DNA of 64,000 nucleotides from an uncultured Gemmatimonadales bacterium (GTDB lineage Bacteria; Gemmatimonadota; Gemmatimonadetes; Gemmatimonadales; GWC2-71-9): NCBI GenBank assembly GCA_963798915.1, contig CAWCVB010000006.1, positions 1 to 64,000 of the forward strand, read 5' to 3'. Shown piece by piece: positions 57,840 to 64,000 of this stretch (position 1 is its first letter; each line of letters starts with the position of its first letter). The notes under the pieces were generated by a model. It saw only the letters and a program-made list of their open reading frames with translations, ran no database searches and was not told where the DNA came from. The position numbers and the translations under genes were made by a program.

Positions 57840-58657
57840 AACTGGGCCGGATTCCCTGGATCAATTGCTATCCGGTGTACGGGGCCATGCAACGGGGTGT
57901 CGTCGATCCGGGCGCTACCATGGTCAGTGGCACGGCGAGCGAGCTCAACGACCTGCTGGCGGCCGGGGAGCTGGACGTGAGCGCTGTCTCGGCGGTGGAA
58001 TATGCGCGCAATGCGGCCATGTACCACCTGTTGCCGGACCTCGCCATCACCTGCGACGGCCCGGTCCACAGCGTCGCGCTGTTCAGCCGGCGCCCGGTGA
58101 CGGAGCTCAACGACGCGACCATCCTGGTGAGTGCGTCAAGCCGCACGTCGGTGCTGTTGCTGCAGCTCCTTTGCCGGCACCGATGGAAGATAGAACCACG
58201 GAGCGCGGTGGTCCGCGCCGAGGCAGCCGACCTGTCCAATCTGGCAGCCTTGCCGCACGACGCCGTGCTCGTGATTGGCGACGCAGCGCTCCTGCTGGCC
58301 GCGCAGCAGCGCTATCCCTGCTTCACCGACCTTGGCCAGGCCTGGAAGGAATGGACCGGGCTCCCCTTCGTGTTCGCCGTCTGGGCTGCGCGTCGCGCCG
58401 TCCCCGTGGCCGCCGCGCAGGCACTGCATGGCAGGCTGCTCGCGTCCCGCGCGTGGGGACTCGAGCATCTTGACCTGCTGGCCGCCGAAGCGGCGCAGGA
58501 TACCGGCGTTCCCGAGGCCACGTGCCGGGCCTACTTTGGCGACCTGGACTACGCGCTGTCGTACCGGCACCTGGCCGGCCTGACCGATTTCTTTCGCCGC
58601 CTCGCCCAGGACGGACTGGTGCCCGATGGCTCCCTTTCGTTCATCACCGCAGCCTGA
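57836..58657 (+). CDS. mqnA: Chorismate dehydratase
   Basis: LGRIPWINCYP, GPVHSV, SRTSV, LVIGDAAL, DLGQAWKEWTGLPFVFAVW. Confidence 0.92.
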   Translation: MKLGRIPWINCYPVYGAMQRGVVDPGATMVSGTASELNDLLAAGELDVSAVSAVEYARNAAMYHLLPDLAITCDGPVHSVALFSRRPVTELNDATILVSASSRTSVLLLQLLCRHRWKIEPRSAVVRAEAADLSNLAALPHDAVLVIGDAALLLAAQQRYPCFTDLGQAWKEWTGLPFVFAVWAARRAVPVAAAQALHGRLLASRAWGLEHLDLLAAEAAQDTGVPEATCRAYFGDLDYALSYRHLAGLTDFFRRLAQDGLVPDGSLSFITAA

Positions 58658-58662
58658 CCGCC

Positions 58663-59727
58663 ATGGATACTGTTGATCGAGCATCATCTGAATTTCGCGA
58701 GCTGCTGGAGCTCTACGAGCGAGCGCCGCTGCTGCACCTGGGACACCTGGCCGACCAGGAGCGCTGGCGCCTGCATCCGGATCCCGTCGTCACCTACATC
58801 GTCGACCGGAACATCAACTACACCAACGTCTGCGTTGCGGATTGCGAATTCTGCGCCTTCTACCGGCGTCCCAAGGACGGGGAAGGTTACGTCCTGAGCT
58901 ACGAGGCAATCGGCGCCAAGATCGACGAGTGCAAGGCGCTCGGCGGTGTCCAGATCCTCATCCAGGGCGGCCACAACCCGTACATTCCGTTCGAGTGGTA
59001 CCTGGACCTGCTCCGCTACATCAAGGCCAACCACCCGATTCACATCCACGGTTTCTCGCCATCTGAAGTGGTCTTCTTCAGCGAGCGCTTCCGCCTGCCG
59101 ATGCCCCAGGTGGTGCGGCAACTTCGCGAGGCCGGGCTCGACAGCATTCCCGGTGGCGGCGGCGAGATTCTCGTGGACGCCATTCGCGAACGGGTGGCCA
59201 GGAAGAAGGCGCAGACGGACGAGTGGCTCGCGGTCCAGGAGGAGGCGCACCGGCAGGGCATGCGAACCTCGGTGACCATGATGTATGGCCTGGGCGAATC
59301 CACGGCCGACCGGCTGGAACACCTGTTCCGGGTGCGGGCAGTGCAGCAGCGGACCGGCGGCTTCACGGCGTTCATCTGCTGGCCCCTGCAGCCCGAAGGG
59401 ACTCCCGGCATGTCGCACATGGAGAAGACCGATGCGGTGACCTACCTGCGTACGCTGGCCATCAGCCGCATCGTGCTGAAGGACGTGCCCAATATCCAGT
59501 CGTCGTGGGTGACGATGGGGCACAAGGTGGGCCAGGTGGCGCTCCGTTTCGGGGCCAATGATTACGGCAGCTTGATGATGGAGGAGAACGTGGTGTCGGC
59601 CGCGGGCACGACCCACCGCACCACGCTGGAGGAGATCGAGCGGCTGATCACCGACGCGGGCTATGCTCCGCGTCGCCGCCGGCAGGACTACTCTCTCATC
59701 GAGGAGCCGGCCGGGGCCGCTGCATGA
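58663..59727 (+). CDS. mqnC: Cyclic dehypoxanthinyl futalosine synthase (radical SAM)
   Basis: VDRNINYTNVCVADCEFCAFYR, QGGHNP, FTAFICW, GSLMMEENVVSAAG. Confidence 0.92.
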   Translation: MDTVDRASSEFRELLELYERAPLLHLGHLADQERWRLHPDPVVTYIVDRNINYTNVCVADCEFCAFYRRPKDGEGYVLSYEAIGAKIDECKALGGVQILIQGGHNPYIPFEWYLDLLRYIKANHPIHIHGFSPSEVVFFSERFRLPMPQVVRQLREAGLDSIPGGGGEILVDAIRERVARKKAQTDEWLAVQEEAHRQGMRTSVTMMYGLGESTADRLEHLFRVRAVQQRTGGFTAFICWPLQPEGTPGMSHMEKTDAVTYLRTLAISRIVLKDVPNIQSSWVTMGHKVGQVALRFGANDYGSLMMEENVVSAAGTTHRTTLEEIERLITDAGYAPRRRRQDYSLIEEPAGAAA

Positions 59728-60197
59728 GGGTGGGAATTGGATATGACTCCCACCGCTTCGTCGATGGGCGGCCGCTGGTCCTGGCCGGCCAGCGAATTCC
59801 CCACGCTCAAGGGCTGGCAGGGCATTCCGACGCGGACGCCGTCGCCCATGCAGTGACCGACGCGCTCCTGGGCGCCGCCGCGGCCGGGAGCATCGGAGAT
59901 CACTTTCCGGACAGTGATCCACAGTGGGAGAACGCCGATTCCATGGCGCTCCTCGAGCAGACGGTGGCGCTGGTCCGCGAGCGTGGATTCCAGCCGGCAC
60001 AAGCCGACCTCACCATCATCTGCGAGGCGCCCAGGCTCGCGACCCATGCGGCCGCCATGGCGCAGGCGCTGGAGGCCGCCCTCGGCGTCGGGCCCGGTGC
60101 CGTGGGCGTGAAGGCAAAGACCAACGAGGGCATGGGATTCATCGGCAAGGGCGAAGGGCTCGCCGTCATTGCGGTGATTACCGTGGAGGCACCCTGA
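59724..60197 (+). CDS. ispF: 2-C-methyl-D-erythritol 2,4-cyclodiphosphate synthase
   Basis: RVGIGYDSH, GHSDAD, HFPD, KAKTNE.MG..G.GEG. Confidence 0.95.
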   Translation: MRVGIGYDSHRFVDGRPLVLAGQRIPHAQGLAGHSDADAVAHAVTDALLGAAAAGSIGDHFPDSDPQWENADSMALLEQTVALVRERGFQPAQADLTIICEAPRLATHAAAMAQALEAALGVGPGAVGVKAKTNEGMGFIGKGEGLAVIAVITVEAP

Positions 60198-60210
60198 TCT
60201 GATCGAATCG

Positions 60211-61239
60211 ATGCTGAACTGGCTGGCCACCCTTCCGCCGGTCGCCGTCTACGGTGTCCTGGCGCTTCTTGCCGCAGTTGAAAACGTCATCCCACCGGTT
60301 CCCGCCGACACTGCCGTTGCGCTGGGGGCCTTTCTCACCCACCGCGGTGTGACAACGCTGCCACTTGTGTATCTGGTCACGCTCGTGTCCAACGTCGGCG
60401 GTGCCGTTGCCGTTTATCTGATGGCACGCCGCTATGGCCGGCGCCTGTTCGCCACCCGCACGGGCCAGCGGTTGCTGTCCCCGGAGGCCCTTGCGCTCAT
60501 CGAGCGCGAATACCTTCGCTTCGGGGTGCTGGGCATTTTCTTCGGCCGCTTTCTGCCAGGTGTTCGCGCCGTCGTTCCCCCCTTTGCCGGCCTCGCCAAC
60601 CTGGGCGCGGCGCGCGCCATCATACCCATCGCCACCGCATCCGCCATCTGGTACGGCGGAGTTGCGCTGCTCGGCAGCGCCATTGGTGCCGAGTGGAATC
60701 ACATCTCGGCGTTCCTCGGCCAACTCAACCGAACCCTCGCGCTGGTCGCCGTCGGGGTCGTGTGCGTGGTGGCGATCGTGATCTGGCGTGGGCGGAAGCG
60801 GGAGGGAAGGCTTTGGCGGGCGCTCCGACGCGCCATGCCCGGCCGGGACGCGACTGACGGAGCGGCCGCTGGCGCCATGGGCGAGGCTGCGCTCGTGCTG
60901 GTGGAAGTCGCCTACGCAGATGTGTGCCTGACGCCGGAGGAACGGCGGAGCATTGCCGACCACCTTCGGGACCGGTGGCAGCTTCCGCAGATGGATGAAG
61001 TTCCGGTACCCGATGACGCCGAGTTGCGCTCGGTTCGGCATCGCCTTACCGCCCAGTTCGGCCGGGAGCGGCGGCAAGCACTGCTTGAGCGCCTGTGGAC
61101 TGTTGCGCTGGGCGAGCCAGGCACGCGCGACCTGCACGGGCGCGTGCTCCAGAGCGCGGCCCGGCTGCTGGGGCTGTCCTCGTCCGAGATCGCGCAGGTC
61201 GAGCAGCGGGTGCACGCGGCCCAGGAGCCGCCAGCATGA
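60211..61239 (+). CDS. DedA-family membrane protein with C-terminal TerB-like domain
   Basis: ENVIPPVPAD, GRFLPGVR..AG (DedA); then LVEVAYAD....EE..I and LLERLWTVAL..AARLLGL. Confidence 0.75.
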   Translation: MLNWLATLPPVAVYGVLALLAAVENVIPPVPADTAVALGAFLTHRGVTTLPLVYLVTLVSNVGGAVAVYLMARRYGRRLFATRTGQRLLSPEALALIEREYLRFGVLGIFFGRFLPGVRAVVPPFAGLANLGAARAIIPIATASAIWYGGVALLGSAIGAEWNHISAFLGQLNRTLALVAVGVVCVVAIVIWRGRKREGRLWRALRRAMPGRDATDGAAAGAMGEAALVLVEVAYADVCLTPEERRSIADHLRDRWQLPQMDEVPVPDDAELRSVRHRLTAQFGRERRQALLERLWTVALGEPGTRDLHGRVLQSAARLLGLSSSEIAQVEQRVHAAQEPPA

Positions 61240-62156
61240 ATGCCGATCTGATTCGCGAGCGCGTCGAGCGCGAGTTCCTCATTGAAGGATTCCGCGACTA
61301 CCTGGCGCTCGAGGCCGGCAACAGCCCAAACACGGTCGATGCCTACGCCAGGGACGTCCGGCGCCTCGGCGAGTTCGCCATCAGCAAGGGCGTGTCACAC
61401 CCCGGGACGCTGACGCGCACTCAGCTTCGGGAGCATGTCTTCCTGCTCAAGGATCTCGGCCTGAGTCCCGCGTCCATCCGGCGCGCCATCTCCGCGATTC
61501 GAACCTACTTCGCCTTTCTGGTGGGTGAGGGCGTAAGCCGCACGGACCCGAGCGATCGGCTTGAAGGACCGCAGCGCTGGCGGACGCTGCCCGATACGCT
61601 GAGCGTGAGCGAGATCGACGCTCTGCTCGGCTCGACCCAGGCCGACCAGAAACTCGCCTGGCGGGACCGCGCCTTGCTGGAGCTTGGCTATGGCGCGGGG
61701 CTGCGCGTCTCCGAATTGTGTGGACTCAAGCTCAGCGATCTGATGGTCGCGGATCAGCTGGTCCGGGTCCTGGGGAAGGGATCCAAGGAGCGGCTGGTGC
61801 CCATTGGACGCTCCATCATCGGGGTCGTGTCGGTCTACTTGCACCAGCTCCGGCCGGAACTCGACCGCGGCAAGTCCGAGGGGCGGCTGCTGTTGAACGC
61901 GCGAGGCGGGCCGCTGTCGCGCGTCGGCGCGTGGGGCATCGTCAAGAAGGCTGTCGAACGCGCCGGGCTCAACAAGCGCGTCACTCCGCATACCCTTCGG
62001 CACAGCTTCGCCACACACCTGCTCGAAGGCGGCGCCGACCTGCGCGCTGTCCAGGAAATGCTGGGGCACGCTGATCTCTCCACCACGCAGATCTACACCC
62101 ACGTGGACCGTGAATACCTGCGATCGGTGCACAAGCAATTCCACCCGCGAGGCTGA
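61236..62156 (+). CDS. xerD: Tyrosine recombinase XerD
   Basis: SPNTVDAYARD, RDRALLEL.YGAGLRVSEL, GKGSKERLVP, TPHTLRHSFATHLL.GGADLRAVQEMLGH..STTQIYTHV, HPR. Confidence 0.92.
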   Translation: MNADLIRERVEREFLIEGFRDYLALEAGNSPNTVDAYARDVRRLGEFAISKGVSHPGTLTRTQLREHVFLLKDLGLSPASIRRAISAIRTYFAFLVGEGVSRTDPSDRLEGPQRWRTLPDTLSVSEIDALLGSTQADQKLAWRDRALLELGYGAGLRVSELCGLKLSDLMVADQLVRVLGKGSKERLVPIGRSIIGVVSVYLHQLRPELDRGKSEGRLLLNARGGPLSRVGAWGIVKKAVERAGLNKRVTPHTLRHSFATHLLEGGADLRAVQEMLGHADLSTTQIYTHVDREYLRSVHKQFHPRG

Positions 62157-62160
62157 CCCG

Positions 62161-63873
62161 TCAGCAAGACTCGACTGCTGCGCCCGGCGGGTCGAGACGT
62201 TCATAGACCGTTCCCAGCCACACCGACAGGATCCAGCCCTCGGCAACCAGCAGCAGCGCCGCTCCCAGCGCCGCCGGCAGGATGGACCAGACACCTAGCA
62301 GCGGCGCGACAACGACGCCGACACCGGTGGCGCCGACGGCCGGAATCACTGAAGCGAGGAGCAGGGCGGTGATATACGCCAGCGCGGTCAGCATGCTCTG
62401 ACCCAGTGTCTCCAGCCCGCCCCGAACTGTTCCGACCCGGACCCACCCGGGGAACAGAAGTGCAGCGCCGTTCTGGAGCATCATGCCGACAAAGTTGAGC
62501 GAGGGGACGAGCAGAATTGCCCCAAGCGCGAGCGCCGGGCGCGCCACCGGTGGCAGGCCGGGCGCCGGAACGCGAATGAGCGCGAGCGCGCCGAGCAGCA
62601 GGAGGGTCAGTTGTGAGAGCGAAAGCACGAGGGTCGATGCTGCCGCTTCCATCCGGACGACGGCATCGGGCTCGAGCGGGTAACTCCGAAGCAGCTCCAG
62701 ATGGGCCAGGTCGCTCCGGAGATCATTTCTGATCCATTGCGGACCCAGCGCGAAGAAGAAGCCGCTCCAGACCAGCAGCAGCGTGCCGGCAGCGTGCGCC
62801 GCCGCAGGCAGGCCGATGACCGCCACGAGCAGCGTGCATGCAAGAGCCAGTGCGATGAGTGACCAGGTTCGGAGGCGCTTCCGCCGCAGCAGCATCGCCA
62901 CGTTCTTCCAGAAGATTGCCACGGAAGGATTGCCCGCAGGCGTGAGCGGCCAGAGCGGCGCCGACCGGCCTCGCTCGGTGCTAGGGATGGTTGTACCGGC
63001 GCGCCTGGCGGCGAGCTGTCGGGCACGCCGGAACGAGACCTCTGCTGCGGCTTCCTCATAGGCGGCATCGGAGCGGATGACCCAGAAGTAGTGCAGCCCC
63101 AGCAGCCCCAGTGCCCAGGGAAAGCTCCGCGCCCACTCGGCGACCGATGTCGACGCCAGCGGATGCGCCAGCAGACGGAAGGGCGCGAGCAGGACCAGGG
63201 CAAGCGGAACCGTCAACGCCGCCTGAATGCGCGCCGACACCGCGAGCGACACCGGAAGTTCCATCCAGCGGTTGCCGGCTTGCAGCAACGCGGCTGCGAT
63301 GAGCGCTGCCGAAAGAATCAGTGCGACCAGCACCAGCGGATGGCGCCGGATGCCCGCGGCGCCGTGCTCCACGGCTGACGTGCGTGTGAGCGCGGCGCCG
63401 AGCCGGTGCAGGTAGATGGTGGAAAAGAGGCACCAGAGCGACAGCGCTCGCAACGGTGCAATTAATTCCCCTCGGCGGGCACCGAGGATAACGATCCACA
63501 GGAGCGTGCTGGCCACGATCAGGACCTGCGCCCGCAGCAGCTTGTACTGCACCAGCGAACGCCGGGTCACAGGGGCCTGGAAAAGGAACATGACTTCCGC
63601 GGTGGAGTAGGCCAGGACATCCAGCTTGCCGGCGGAGATCCAGGTCCAAGCCACCATGAGCAGCAAACCGCCCGCCACGGCCAGTTCCAGCAGTTCTCCA
63701 CCCAGTGGCGCATGGCCCTGCGGTTGCGAGTTGTTGCGCCCGAGCAGCGCGAGATACCCGATCCCGACCAGCAAGGCGACGACGTATCGGGGTTCGCGTA
63801 GGCGCCTTGCCTGCTGCATGGTCCGGTTGCGGAGGGTGTGCCAGAGCAGGAAGCGAAGGGCGGACCACTCCAT
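62161..63873 (-). CDS. Putative ABC exporter permease
   Basis: 570 aa with many TM helices; EVMFLFQAPVTRRSLVQYKL; downstream of an ABC ATPase. Confidence 0.7.
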   Translation of the reverse strand: MEWSALRFLLWHTLRNRTMQQARRLREPRYVVALLVGIGYLALLGRNNSQPQGHAPLGGELLELAVAGGLLLMVAWTWISAGKLDVLAYSTAEVMFLFQAPVTRRSLVQYKLLRAQVLIVASTLLWIVILGARRGELIAPLRALSLWCLFSTIYLHRLGAALTRTSAVEHGAAGIRRHPLVLVALILSAALIAAALLQAGNRWMELPVSLAVSARIQAALTVPLALVLLAPFRLLAHPLASTSVAEWARSFPWALGLLGLHYFWVIRSDAAYEEAAAEVSFRRARQLAARRAGTTIPSTERGRSAPLWPLTPAGNPSVAIFWKNVAMLLRRKRLRTWSLIALALACTLLVAVIGLPAAAHAAGTLLLVWSGFFFALGPQWIRNDLRSDLAHLELLRSYPLEPDAVVRMEAAASTLVLSLSQLTLLLLGALALIRVPAPGLPPVARPALALGAILLVPSLNFVGMMLQNGAALLFPGWVRVGTVRGGLETLGQSMLTALAYITALLLASVIPAVGATGVGVVVAPLLGVWSILPAALGAALLLVAEGWILSVWLGTVYERLDPPGAAVESC

Positions 63874-64000
63874 CAGCTGGTCGTCTCGCCTACCAGGGCG
63901 ATGAATACCTCTTCCAGCGACCGGCCCGCGAGGTCGGGGCGCGCCGCGACGATTTCGGTCAGCCCGCCCGATGCGACCAGCTCCCCCTGCCGAAGGACGA
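63873..64000 (-). CDS. ABC transporter ATP-binding protein, C-terminal end (partial)
   Basis: Reverse strand reads VLRQGELVASGGLTEI..SLEEVFIALVGETTS*; the stop overlaps the permease ATG. Confidence 0.7.
   Translation of the reverse strand, partial: VLRQGELVASGGLTEIVAARPDLAGRSLEEVFIALVGETTS

Noticed and set aside
61236..62156. Integrase of a genomic island
   Set aside because: Canonical XerD sequence in a housekeeping operon, far from the accessory region.

Overview
High-GC bacterial chromosome segment. Gene content and order suggest Gemmatimonadota (inference). Scattered single-base frameshifts suggest an imperfect long-read assembly. The window has two parts. (1) An accessory region at 1-18.4 kb: a type II secretion (Gsp) operon (F, H/I/J/K-like pseudopilins, L, M, an unknown gene, short secretin D) translationally coupled to a sensor-less sigma-54 activator. 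Next come a candidate UAS/IHF/-24/-12 promoter and a ~1,500-aa Rhs/YD protein that has a Sec signal peptide and no PAAR domain. After it lies an array of orphan Rhs-core/C-terminal toxin cassettes with candidate immunity genes (small membrane proteins and an ACP-like protein), broken up by IS3 and IS110 remnants. All three toxin tips share a four-cysteine architecture and a YPxKGGxxPWQ linker. An IS110 end sits at the same catalytic-Asp site in two diverged IS3 copies. The best candidate for a new system is a T2SS-linked, sigma-54-controlled, Sec-exported Rhs polymorphic toxin locus. (2) Core metabolism at 18.5-64 kb: mdh, sdhCAB, two envelope proteins, an M1 peptidase, dcd, nuoA-N (Rex-like operator), PMM/PGM, UPF0182, a Tat protein, arcC-sucCD-ndk, yceD-rpmF-plsX-fabHDG-acpP-fabF, futalosine-pathway mqnE/A/C, ispF, a DedA-TerB-like fusion, xerD and an ABC exporter. 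I recognised no rRNA, tRNA or CRISPR array.
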